From Eledone cirrhosa (lineage: Eukaryota): a stretch of 64,000 nucleotides of DNA. This document shows positions 44,660 to 58,574 of the stretch, in pieces. The stretch covers positions 19,716,001 to 19,780,000 of the forward strand of contig OZ024741.1 in assembly GCA_964016885.1 (NCBI GenBank). The letters are read 5' to 3'. The notes under the pieces were generated by a model. The model was not told the DNA's origin and made no database searches. It saw only the letters and a list, made by a program, of their open reading frames with translations. Each line of letters opens with the position of its first letter. The first letter of the stretch is position 1. A program made the translations under genes and the position numbers.

Positions 44660-47182
44660 GGAGGCTTAGTAAAATCGAATCTTTGGCGCTGTGCAAGCAA
44701 ATTCGACCTACGATATGAATGAGTTAGCAAAGCACTCGACAGGGTAGGTCCTTAGAGTAATAACATACGTTTAAATAGCTTGACAAATTGAACATTGTGG
44801 TAGGCAAAATCTAACACACAATACCAAAGCAACGAAAGAACTAACAGGTTGAGAAAAATACACCTGGACAAATCAAACGTTATACGTTTAAAGTATTTCT
44901 ATGAATCCGAAATCAAATATCAGACTTACGTAACTGGCAAGCTCGTGGTATTCATGATCGAACAGAGGATTCATTTCATCAACAGGATTTCGTTGTACCA
45001 AAGAACGGGGCGAAATACCAAATGTTGCAACTAGCAGCAGCGAATCGAACATTTAGTTGTCACGCGTTATTTCCAACAAGGGAAATAACCTCCGACCTTT
45101 GGCGGGTCAATCTATATATATATATATATATATATATACGTGCCAAGTTAATATATATATATAAGCCGTACGTTAAAACTGTTCACAATACAGACCACTC
45201 ACAACCTCTAACTGGATTACCTAAAAGGATAACTTCTTATCCCATATATATATACATATATATATTTCTTTGTTCATTCATGTTAGGAAATCAACATATC
45301 TATGACCGTGAGTGCATATAGTAGAATCCATGTCTAGTGAAGAATTCTGTAAGGGTAAAGACGAAATTTAAGTATATCAGTCACGTGTTTGTCTCTAGGG
45401 GTAGACTTAAGTTCTATAAAAGAATGGCTAGTTGATAGCTGATTGAGTTTGGCTTCTGAACACTAGTTTCTATTTCTCTGTATAGTTTGCCGTCCTCAGC
45501 TAAAATGTCCGAGAAGTATAAGAATAGAAAGATATTTAGTTGAACTGTTGATGTATTTTTGTTTTAATATTTTCCTCTGACCCATATACGATTTTTATCC
45601 TTGTATTACATGCATATATATAGAGGATGTCCCTCCAAAATGTATACACTCTTTGATTACCTGTATAAGCAATATTTATTAGAATGCTGTTGAAGTGTGT
45701 ATACATTTTGGGGGGACACCTTGTATTTATATGTCTTGATACATTTACACATGTTTTGACACCCTTTCAAAGATGCTTCTTTGACTTTACACACCGTTCT
45801 ACCTCACCTTTCTTCACTAATCTATCAACCCATTATTTCTCATAAATATACTGACTTCGCCCACCATAATGTACCCTAGTATTGTATTTGAACTGTAATA
45901 ATTTATTTAGACATTAGTCATTTCTGGCTATTATGCCTAATTTTACCTTTTTCTTGCACTAAATTTTAGCCAACACCCATTTCCATTTAGAACCTAAATT
46001 CAACTTACTTCTATCTGCTGCTCCCTATTACATATATCTATATCATGAAAGTGTAGGGCAATAACAGCTAAATTATCTGCATTACTCCTTATTAAAAGAC
46101 ATTCTTACACCATTATCACAAACTTAACATTTACCGAAAACCTCGTGCGAAGGCGTGGTACATACTATCAACTCATACTCAATTACGAATGATAGGTGTA
46201 ATTTTAGTGTATATATATATGTGTGTGTGTGTGTGTGTGAGACAGGCAGAGAGAGAGAGAAAGAGAGAGAGTGAGAGTGTGTGTGGGTGTGTGTGCATGT
46301 ATTATATATACTTGTGTGTATGTGTTGTATGACTGTCCGTTTTTTACATTTATTAAGGATTTCCCAAAGGCCCTAAGTTCAGCTTGGACCCAATATATGT
46401 CTATATCATCAAAATATGCGCCAATAACAATTAAATCCTTTCATTATTTCTAGACCATACTTTGTAGCATAGAGTTACGGCCCTTTACTGTCTGAGTTCA
46501 AATCCCGCCGAGGTTAACTTTACCTTTCATCCTTATGGGGTCGATAAAATAAAGTACCAGTAACGTACTCGGGTCGATTTAATCGACTTTCCCCTCCCCC
46601 AAATTACTGGCATTCTGCCTATACTAGGAATCATTATTTCTATCAAAACTATTGGCAGTATCGGTAGAGGGTCGGACGCCATGCTTTGCAGCATAGAGTT
46701 ACGATCCTTTATGATCTGAGTTCAAATTAGGCCGAGGTTTACTTTGCCTTTCATCCTTACGGGGTTGATAAAATAAAGTACCAGTAACGTATTGGGTAAT
46801 TTTGCTGGCCTTGTGCCAAATGTAGAAACAATTATTTCTATCAAAAGATATTCTTGTTCCATCACCACAAACCCAACATTTACCTAAAGCTGTTTTCAGG
46901 ACCTACTCATGTATCTACAAGTGTAAGTCCTACAATTTATATAGGATCTCTATAGGGCTACATAACATAGAGCCCTATCTTCCATATCATAAGAACATGC
47001 CTGATAAAAGTACAAGCTACCGTCTAAAAGCCTGATATTTCCGTTCAAGCAATAATCAATATTAGGATAATGCCCCTTGGTACAATCTGAGTAAACAACA
47101 ACCAACATCAACGATATCGACATTACCGTCTGCTCTACTTATATTAATTCCACCAATATATAATATATAAACACACACACAG

Positions 47183-47269
<87 letters not shown>

Positions 47270-47448
47270 TACATACACACACACACACTCAGTCCATAGG
47301 AGGAGTTAAGTATAATTAGTTATAATAGACAGGTTTATATGCAGTTAAGTTTGGTCGGGTTATACAACCCAACTCATTCAGCCTTTTTTATATAACAGGC
47401 TGTATAACCCGACGAAACATAACTACATATAAATGTCACTGTTGTAAA

Positions 47449-47533
<85 letters not shown>

Positions 47534-47727
47534 GAAAATGTGCAGGACCTCGACGGCAGAGCTCAAGATATTTCGACGGCTATTCCTGAGTACAGAAATA
47601 GCCGTCGAAACGGCTTGAGCTCTGCCATCGGGGTCCTGAACATTTTCCTATTACCCACTCTACTACCCAAAGTATCGAGTACTCTGGTGCGTTATGCTCC
47701 ATCTGGTTCCTTACCACACTTCCTTCG

Positions 47728-47792
<65 letters not shown>

Positions 47793-47794
<2 letters not shown>

Positions 47795-48503
47795 AATGAA
47801 AAATGGCGAGCTGTGTTGTTGCAAATATGACATATATATAATACGGAATTAGAAATAGAAGCCAGGACTATCCATCATCAGTGGTCTACTAGCTATCATA
47901 GGTATTTCTTCGCATTACAAACCAGACACCTCTGGCTAGGGCAATACAATAATTAAATTAAGTTATTGGGATTAAAAGAGTTGGGTGGAGAAAGAGAGAC
48001 AGGTAAACAAACACGAATGGTGAGGCAACGTAAAGAGAGGAAAAAATGAGAAAATCAAGTCAATGATTCATTTGAACATAAGAACGTGCGAATATTGACG
48101 AGAAGACAAAAGACATATCTTAACCGTGCGAAAAGTAAGAGAGGAAAGAATTTCGCACGGTGTGGGACGATGGAGGAAGTGAGAGAGAGGGTGAGTAGCA
48201 GAGAGTGAGTGAGTGAAAGTGTGAGGAAGAGGCTAGCCGAGAGAGGGTGACTAGCAGAGGGGGTGAGTGAAAGTAAGAGGGAGAAGGAGAGAGAAAGAGG
48301 ATAGCAGTAAGGGAAGAGAAAAGGACAGCTCACAGCGAAGAGAAAAGCATATATGAATGAAAAATGGCGAGCTGTGTTGTTGCAACTTAATTTAGTTATT
48401 GTATTGCCATAGCCGGGGGGTATATGGTCTGTAATGCGAAGAAATACCTATGATTGTTAGTAGACCACTGAAGATGGATAGTCCTGGCTTCTATTTCTAA
48501 TTT
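47793..48503. repeat. Mini element with a short direct repeat and inverted arms (47845-47962 / 48385-48503)
   Basis: Read directly; contains CUGA(U/A)GA plus stem II but lacks GAAA. Confidence 0.7.
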
Positions 48504-48521
48504 TTTATTATATATATATAT

Positions 48522-50133
48522 ATATTAAGGAAAAATAACAAATGAACTATTATGACATTATAACAAGTTTATTGCCGACAGCCGTTTCGTCCGACCATAT
48601 GGTGGGACTTTTCAAGGCATATAACAGGTGATTGTAAGTTCATTATTTACATCAACGTTTCACTCAAGATTAGCAGTTTGAAATTGTGGTATACATCAAC
48701 AGCCCCGCTTGTATATTTGGGGTCTATATTCTAAGGGGGCTCTTTTATATTTTTATATTTTTTGATAGTACATTATTAGATTACTGAAGCTACCTTATAC
48801 CTTCTTAATAATACATTTTATAATTATTGTCTTTTTGCTTATGTATTTTCTTACTTATCATTTTCTTTAATCTTGCCCAACTTGATAAACTCTTTGAATT
48901 GCTCCCTAATTAGATTACTTAAATTACTTAAATTACTTTATCTATTATACCTAAGTTGTATCTGTTGAAGCAGCCCTTTGAAAATTCCTCGGATCTCCCA
49001 AATCCCGTAATTTTTAACTTTTAATTTGTAATTTTCCTCAATTCGTTTATATATATCTTTAAAGGCTCTCTAAAATTTTAATTCTCGGAAGAGGTTCTTA
49101 TTAAAAATATTAAAGGGGCCTTTTCTGAGGGATTTTTTGAAGGCTTTTTGAATCAACCTTTAATTGATTAGTTTCTTTCAACTATTTATTTCTTAATTTT
49201 TAAAATTAAATTTAATGTTCAACCCCTTAATCGTTAATTTTTAATCATGGATATATAAGATTGCTTAATCTTAAATTCATAAAAAATTTTTAATTTCGGG
49301 GTTTGGAACTCTTAAAATTCAAATCCTAAATTAAATCTTAATATTTATAATATGTACTCCCTAAATCATTAACTTTATTAACCTGTTAAATCTTATTGAA
49401 AGCTCTTTTCCCTAATTTTTAATTTTTAATTTTTAATTTCTGAGTTTAGAACTTTAGTAGGGATTATCAAAACTTCGTAAATTTTCTGAAATTTTTTAAC
49501 GTGATCTCTTAGAAAAATTTTTTTTTCTTTTGAAGGAATTTTTTAGGAAACTTTATATTTTTATTTTTTTTATTTTTTTAGTCTCTTAATCTCTTCTGGT
49601 TTGTTAGATTTATTGGGGCTTATAAGCTTTATGCACTTATTGAGGGATTTTTTTAAGATGCTTCTACGAGATCCCAAGTCTTTTACTTTTAATGCATAAA
49701 TTATAAAATCTCTAATTTTTAACCTTCAATCCCTGACTCTTAGGCCCTTTTCAAATTCTCTTAACTCCCTATAACCCATCCATTTTACAACTCCGACAAC
49801 TAATATAAAAGAGCCCCCTTAGAATATAGACCCCAAATATACAAGCGGAGCTGTTGATATATACCACAATTTCAAACTGCTAATCTTGAGTGAAACGTTG
49901 ATGTAAATAATGAACTTACAATCACCTGTTATATGCCTTGAAAAGTCCCACCATATGGTCGGACGAAACGGCTGTCGGCAATAAACTTGTTATAATGTCA
50001 TAATAGTTCCTTTGTTCTTTTTCATTAATATTTCTACTCTGCTTATACGCATAGAGCTTAACTAGCTACCATCACATATTTGGTAGGTCAGGCGTGATCA
50101 TCGCGATTCACATACGACCTACCATACATCTTG
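48522..50133 (-). mobile_element. Element with ~230 bp inverted arms (48522-48751 / 49802-50031), each with a hammerhead, around an AT-rich body with no long ORF
   Basis: Arms near-identical; (TA)n flanks. Confidence 0.85.
49934..49980 (+). ncRNA. Type I hammerhead, U3-A8 variant (family H); inverted copy 48573-48619
   Basis: UGCC-UUGAAAA-GUCC(CACCAUAUGGUC)GGAC-GAAAC(GGCU)GUC-GGCA. Confidence 0.8.
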
Positions 50134-50234
<101 letters not shown>

Positions 50235-50292
50235 GGTAATTCCGAAGGAAAAGCAAAGGAAAAAGAGTGCTCTATGCATAGAACAGAGCTAT

Positions 50293-50657
50293 TTAATTAG
50301 AAATTGAGCAACACAAAATATAACTGCTCCATTACCAAAGGTTTCTGGATCACAGACGATAATAATATACGTCTGGATCGGTCGTCAGACAGAGATGATA
50401 TAGATAAAAGATATGAAATGAGATTTGAAATCTGTTAAATATTGGAAGTGAGGCTGGAAATATTACGGGAAAGATAGGTGAGAAAAACATATATTAAAAA
50501 ATTTCAAATTTTTAACAGATTTTAAATCTCATTTCATATCTTTTATCCATAACATCTCCGTCTGACGACCGATCCAGACGTAAATTAATATCGTCTGCGT
50601 TCCAGAAACCTTTGGTAATGGAGTAGTTATATTTTGTGTTGTTCAATTTTTAATTAA
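50293..50657. repeat. Fold-back with diverged arms, each with a hammerhead: 50327-50394 (-) and 50556-50623 (+) (family I)
   Basis: CUCCGU-CUGACGA-CC..CAGACG/CGUCUG..CA-GAAA-CC(UUU)GG-UA-AUGGAG. Confidence 0.75.
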
Positions 50658-51889
50658 ATATATATATATATGTAAATAATTATATATATATATAACAAAG
50701 GAGGTGTAGTAAGGAACCAGATGAACCATAACGCACCAGAGTACTCAATACTTAGGGTAGTAGAGTGGGTAATAGGAAAATGTTTAACTCCGACGGCAGA
50801 GCTCAAGCCGTTTCGACGGCTGTTTCTGGATTCAGAAAAAGCCGTCGAAACGTCTTGAGCTCTGCCGTCGGGGTCAAACATTTTCCTATATATATATATA
50901 TATATACATTGATTATATATATACATTAATCATATACACGGTATCATTATGTTAGACACCCTAAGTGTTATGTCATCTTAACGACGTTAAATAATCTCCA
51001 CCCGTTAAAACTATATTTCACTATTCTCACTTGATATATAATCTATTGTATTACACCTTATATCCCTTTATTGCCTGTTATTGATTTTATACTATCGATT
51101 ATTGTTGTCGTTATTGTTATCATTAATATTATAAAGGGCGGTGGATTGGCAGTATCGGTAGAGAGTCGGACACCATGCTTTGTAGCATAGAGTTATAGCC
51201 CTTTATGATCTGAGTTCAAATCCCGCCGAGGTTAACTTTGCCTTTCATCCTTACGGGATCCATAAAATAAAGTACCAGTAATGAACTGGTGTCGATTTAA
51301 TCGACTTTCCCCTCCCCCAAAATTGCTGGCCTTGTGCTCATATAAGAAACCATTATTGCTATTAATATTGTTGTTGTGGTGGTTATTATTATTGCTGTTG
51401 TTGTCATTGTTATCGTTATTACTCTTATTATTGTTGTTGTTACTGTTGTTGTGGTTGTTGTTGTGGTTATTATTATTGTTGTTCTTGTGGTAGTGGTGGT
51501 TATTATTCTTATTGAGGACGGAGGATTAGCAGCACTGGTAGAGCGTCGGGCAACATGCTTTCCGTCATAGAGTTACGGCCCTTTACGTTCTGCTTTTCAT
51601 CCTTACGGGGTCGATAAAATAAAATACCACTAACACACTGGGTTCGATTTAATCGAATTTCGCCTCCCCTTAAATTATTGGTTTTGTGTCTAAATCAGAG
51701 ACCATTATTATTATTGAGGGCTGCGGGCTGGCAGAGGCGTTAGGGCGATTCGTTGCGTGAAGCGACTGAGAGTACAAAGCTTCCTCAGGGACAGGACGCT
51801 GGGTTAAACTTCCAGCTATTACTAGCACTCTCTTTCAACTGAGTATACTGGTGCAACGTGAAAAAAATTGTTTTGCTCAAGAACACAAC

Positions 51890-52346
51890 ACATGGCTTGG
51901 ATGCTGCAGGCTTCCCTTCCCAGTTCGAGCCGGTGGGGCTGGACCGAGGGGACGGCGAAAGGCCAGATGGCATGACCATCTTCCCGTTCCGCGGTGGCAA
52001 ACCCCTCGTCTAGGATGCCACTTGCACCGACACTTTCTCCAGCCGCAACCTGGTGCAGTCTGCGACTAACCCAGGTTCTGCTGCACGTCGGGCTGAGGCG
52101 GCCAAACTCTCCAAATACCGTTCGTCCTCCGACAGGTTTGCGGTCGTACCCTTGGCAGTAGAGACTTCTGGTGTCCTCGGCTCTAGGGCTACCTCCCTAC
52201 TCAGCACCATAGGCGCTGGGCTGGCCAGCCGCAGGTATGAGCCTGGCGAGTTGGAATGGCTCTTCCAGCGCGTCTCCCTTGCCGTCCTCCGGAGAAACGC
52301 CTTCTCCATTCTGTTCGCCGGGGCTGTGGGGAGGCCACCAACATGA
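51890..52346 (+). pseudogene. CRE-clade RLE fragment nested in a SINE
   Basis: [48 protein letters not shown]. Confidence 0.85.
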
Positions 52347-53358
52347 TTGACTGACTTGTCATTTTATCATGTACTTTTTACTTATCTATATCCACCCAGC
52401 CCAGGTAACGAACCCATGACATTATGATTGAAAGTCCGACACCTTAACCACCGAAACAACGTGAAATGAAATGTTTTGCTCAAGAACCCAAAACGCCACC
52501 CAGCCCAGGAATCAGCTCAACACTCTTACCACTAAGGCACGCACCTCTTGTACTAATGCTAGAAATAATTATTATAACAAACTGTAATAGTTCCTCTTTT
52601 AATGAGCTTAAATTGATTTATGATACGACACGTCATTTCTACATAATAAGTTATAGCAATTTATAAAGCTTAACCAATAATTTACATTTTATGTTTCATA
52701 TTACCACACATCGATAATATGTATTAAAGTTACTGGACATAAAACATTCTCTTTAAAAAATATAATCTTCTAGACATAATGGATTACAAATACTATCTAG
52801 AAACGTTACTCCCAAACATTAGTAAATCTATTTCCCCTACACTTAATAGTATATAACTAATATATATTGGTGAAAGGGTGTGGTTTAGAGGTTAAGCTTT
52901 GATACTTTCGCTTGAAAGGTAGAGATATCGATTACAGACAACTTTGTACCTCCTGTAGCACTTTGATCTGCAATCACACAAAATACCTGACGACACACGT
53001 GTTTTACTCCTGAAAAAATGTATTCTTACGTTTCTTTTCTTCTCTTAAACTCGTCTACCAATCTATTTCTTCTTTGTTATCTCATTTTATGGTCCGATGA
53101 AGGACTATCTTCCGAAAGGTTCAACGCTTTTCCTACTATATCAAGCGTTAAACAAATATATATCATCCTCGTCATGTATTATTCGCCTTTTCCTTTGTTG
53201 ATGCAACTCCTGCTATATATATATAAGTTTATCCCGGGTTCAATCGAGTTAACCGCAGTAAGTAAGGTGCTCAATAGAAAATAGAGTATGAATATTTAAT
53301 ATAGAAAAGCTTCTACAGGACTAGAACTGTTTCATTCGTGAGAAATCATCAATCATGA

Positions 53359-53407
53359 GCTTCCTGATGATTTCTCACGAAGGAAACAGTTCTAGTCCTG
53401 TAGAAGC
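53359..53407 (+). ncRNA. Compact type I hammerhead (family J) in a fold-back 53295-53425; mutated copies at 40048-40097 and 44233-44282
   Basis: GCUUC-CUGAUGA-UUUC(UCAC)GAAG-GAAA-CAG(UUCUAGUC)CUG-UA-GAAGC. Confidence 0.8.
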
Positions 53408-53427
53408 CTTTCTTTCTATATTAAATA

Positions 53428-53476
<49 letters not shown>

Positions 53477-53532
53477 TTGTGTGTGAGAGAGAGAGAGAGA
53501 GATAGAGGGAGGGAGTATGTATATATATAAAC

Positions 53533-53625
<93 letters not shown>

Positions 53626-53746
53626 TATATTGGAAAATGTGTGAGAACCTTGGTACAGTTGGGTAAGTCATTCTTTTCCTTTTTTTCAAATATATAAGTA
53701 TATATATATAGACGAATATATATATATATATATATATAGACGAATA

Positions 53747-53782
<36 letters not shown>

Positions 53783-54029
53783 TATATATATTATATTATA
53801 TATATATATATAATGAAAGGATCAATTACAGGAGGGCGTTAAGTACATATCAATATAAAAAGCGACATCTATATATTCTATCATAGAATATATAGATATT
53901 GTGGGAAGAGAAAGTGGGTGGTGGCAACGATTAAATAAGTTGGAATCGAACACATGATACATTTAATAATATAGATGTAAATTGTATTATAAAATACACA
54001 CACACAAACCACACACACCACACACACAC

Positions 54030-54071
<42 letters not shown>

Positions 54072-54117
54072 TTTATATATATATATATATGTATACATAT
54101 ATATATATATATATAAC

Positions 54118-54995
54118 AAGGCGGCGGTCCCTTCTGGGAAATGGTCGTGCTCGGTGTGTAGGAAAGGCGTAGGTAGAAACTCCATTTTATGTCCTAAATG
54201 CAAAGTATGGGTGCATAAAAGATGTAGTGGGATCACAGGTAAGCTAACTAAGAACATAGATTTTACATGTGGCCGGTGTTCTGGTGCAATAAATAGCAGC
54301 AAGTGCCCACAAAATACTAGCTCTTTCAATTGCGCAGAGGGTTCTATAGAAATAGTGGACAGCTTCCGTTACCTGGGCGATAAAATCAGCAGTGGGGGAG
54401 GGTGCTCTGAAAGTACTGTAGCTAGAGTCAGAACTGGTTGGAAAAAGTTCAGAGAGCTTATACCACTACTAGCTGCTAAAGGGTTCTCCCTAAAAATGAA
54501 AGGCAGGTTGTACGATGCCTGCATACGAACAGCAATGTTGCATGGCAGTGAGACCTGGGCATTGTGTGCAGAGGATATACGCAGACTAGAGAGGAACGAA
54601 GCTTGCATGCTCCGCTGGATGTGTAACAGTAATATACGTGAACGGCAAAGCATAAACGAACTAAGGAAAAAATTAGAGATAAGAGGGATCAGATGTTGTT
54701 TACTCGAGAGAAGGCTACGTTGGTATGGACACGTGATGCGCATGAAAGTCGATAGCTGTATAACAAAGTGCAGGGCAATAAAGATAGACGGTAGCCACGG
54801 AATAGGCAGACCTAGAAAAACCTGGGACGAGCTGATAAACTCCTGGTGTTAGGAAGGGCATCCAACTGTAGAAAACCTGCCAGACAGTCCTATGCGAGCA
54901 AGACAATCACTCTTGCCTCAAGTGGGATTACCCCCGTCCAAACCCATGCAAGCGTGGAACACGGACGTTAAACGTTGATGATGATGATGATGATA
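54118..54995 (+). pseudogene. RTE LINE 3' fragment with PHD-like Cys/His insert and (ATG)n tail
   Basis: CSVC..CPKCKVWVHKRC..CGRC, FRYLGD, MLHGSETW, RRLRWYGHVMR, GRPRKTW. Confidence 0.88.
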
Positions 54996-55015
54996 TATAT
55001 ATATATATATATATG

Positions 55016-55093
<78 letters not shown>

Positions 55094-55096
55094 CAT

Positions 55097-56134
<1,038 letters not shown>

Positions 56135-56725
56135 AACGTAAAATAAGAAATTTATAGTATTTAGCTTACTTACTTAAATTTCACTACAACTAATTAGTTT
56201 CTGAAAGGGAATATACATGGGGATCATGGAGAAACATTTTCGTCATCAGGGAGTCATTCTCAGCTAAGATACCTGGCGATGCATGGACACAGGGAACTTA
56301 TACAAAAATATTCAGTGGATGGAAAAGAGCAAGCAGCGGGGACTAAATTCCAAGACACTGAAAAAAATCACTGCCTTCTTGTTCGGTGGCAAATTCAAAA
56401 GAATCAATCACGTGACATCGATGTTAATCAGTGAGAAGTGGGGTGTTAAAAAGACAGTAGCCAAGCTGTTACTATGAACTGTAGTAGTAATTTTGGCAAA
56501 TTTATGCTCAACAAAATAATTTGGAGATAATTATAAAGAATTAGTATATCTACCAACATATATATACAGATGTATACCTATGCAAGCAAATATATAGGTT
56601 TTGTCTTAGTAACTTTGTGGTTCATCCCCTTGCATTGAACCACAAAGTTACTAAGACAAAACCTATATATTTGCTTGCATAGGTATACATCTGTATATAT
56701 ATATTGGTAGATATACTAATTCTTT

Positions 56726-57736
56726 ATGGGTTCTAGTCTGTCCGGCATACTTGCGATCTCGTACATGGACCACCTGGAACGCAAGGCACTCAACACCTGC
56801 CAACCCAACGCCGTCGCCTTCTACTCCAGATACGTTGATAACATATTGATACTCACTTCTTCCCGGGAGATGGCGAATGAAATTCACCAAATCTTTAACG
56901 ACACTGACCATCACGTCGATTTCACCATCGAACACCCTGAAGAAGACGGATCACTCGCCCTCCTCGACTTCCGTATCAACATCTCGGAAGAAGGAGACAT
57001 AAACACCACATTCTACCGCAAGGCAGCGTGCAAGGACTTATTTGTGCATTACAACTCAGCCCTCCCCAACAACGCTAAGAGAGGCTATGTCCTAAATGAA
57101 CTTACACGGATCACTAATAGATGCAGCGACCCGATCGGTGGTCTCACCCATACCACGCAATTCCGTAATCTACTCAAGTCTAATGGATATCCCAAGCGAC
57201 TGATTAACGGAATTAGAGACCCCAGACCCAATAGACAGACACCCACTAGAAACTTAGATAAAAACAAGTGCTTCTTTAAAATCCCCCACCTGAGTGAATA
57301 TACCACGAACGCCATCCGCAGGGCCATACGGAGGGAGGGATTTGACATACATTTGGCCCACACAGGACCTTCGCTCCGAAGATGCCTCTCCACCAAACCC
57401 GACGAGTCAGATGGGACGTGTTCCCTCAGCAACTGCCCGATACGGGGGGCAGATTGCCTACGCACCTATGTCGTATATAAGATTCAATGCGATAAATGTA
57501 ACAAGTTTTACATAGGTAGCACCATCCGACCCCTACATGTTCGTATCAAGGAACATGTCAACACCAACGCATCTTCCTTCCGTAAACACATCCTTAAATG
57601 CGGAAACCCACAGGGCAGACCCTTGGTCACAGTCCTAGCGACTGAACGCAGCATCGGATCCTTAAGGATAAAGGAAGCACTTGTTATTAAGAACCCCAGA
57701 CCCCACTTAACAACCGGGCTGAGAGAAATGAGCTGA
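56726..57736 (+). CDS. 5'-truncated Penelope-like RT plus GIY-YIG endonuclease; tail extends to ~58350
   Basis: MGSSLSGILA (RT motif B), RYVDN (YxDD mutated), FYRK, VVYKIQCDKCNKFYIGSTIRPLHVRIKEH. Confidence 0.88.
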   Translation: MGSSLSGILAISYMDHLERKALNTCQPNAVAFYSRYVDNILILTSSREMANEIHQIFNDTDHHVDFTIEHPEEDGSLALLDFRINISEEGDINTTFYRKAACKDLFVHYNSALPNNAKRGYVLNELTRITNRCSDPIGGLTHTTQFRNLLKSNGYPKRLINGIRDPRPNRQTPTRNLDKNKCFFKIPHLSEYTTNAIRRAIRREGFDIHLAHTGPSLRRCLSTKPDESDGTCSLSNCPIRGADCLRTYVVYKIQCDKCNKFYIGSTIRPLHVRIKEHVNTNASSFRKHILKCGNPQGRPLVTVLATERSIGSLRIKEALVIKNPRPHLTTGLREMS

Positions 57737-58574
57737 CATGGCTAATCTAACCATAGTGACCAGTAACAGCCCCTACGGCCTACTATCTTTGACACACACG
57801 CACTTATATGTATACCCATACACATACACACACACACACATCTATATTTATACACGCACACATGTTTATACAACCTACCACCTTTCACACCCTTTGAATT
57901 CCAGCTTCTACGGCCCACTATCTTTCACACTCACATACATACACACATACACATATACACACACAGTTACACACACATATATATTTACACACACATATTT
58001 TACGGCTTTCACACGCTAGCGCACCCTATTGATTTAACCCAATTGGTCAGTAGCTTTTGTCACAGCCTATCACGCGCACGCGCATTCTTTCCCTCGTTTG
58101 AATTTTTTCCCCATAACGGCATTCCTATGTTTTAACGACAATACAACTTTCTCCGGCTTAGCCTGTTCCCCCCCTTTTGGAACTTTCCCCCCGTTGATGG
58201 GCGTGAGCCCGAAATATTGGTAACCCTTCTACCTTTGTTTTGTTTCCGTTTTTTCGTTTCTCTCAATTTTCACTTTTCTCCTATTTCTCACTCACTTCCT
58301 ACCTCGAGATTTCCCATCTGCATTGTTGTGACTTTCTAAACTACATATTATATATATATATATATAAAAAAGGAGATCAATATCCCCACAGGTACTAAGT
58401 ACCCCTGGAAATATATAGGGTGTCTATGATACAGTGGTTGTTCCAAGGTATTAATTTGACATACTAGAACTATAAAATTGAGATAAGCGGGGCAGACAAG
58501 ATTCAAAAAAATTTTTTAAATAAATTTAAAAAAAAAATTTAAATATTCACCTATTCCATTTGCTTTTACCGCCT

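Noticed and set aside
47530-47650. Hairpin family with gccgtcGAAAcggc as a hammerhead
   Set aside because: No CUGANGA half in any of the five local copies; at most a 3' remnant
48750-49800. NUMT or alternative-genetic-code gene
   Set aside because: No recognisable mitochondrial gene and no consistent frame after reassigning stops by eye
51136-51230. tRNA gene-like A/B boxes
   Set aside because: Heads of multicopy SINEs with no complete cloverleaf
53091-53130. CCGAUGA..GAAA motif; similar weak motifs near 42470, 48455 and 61988
   Set aside because: Stem I or stem III cannot be closed, or GAAA is missing; not counted as hammerheads
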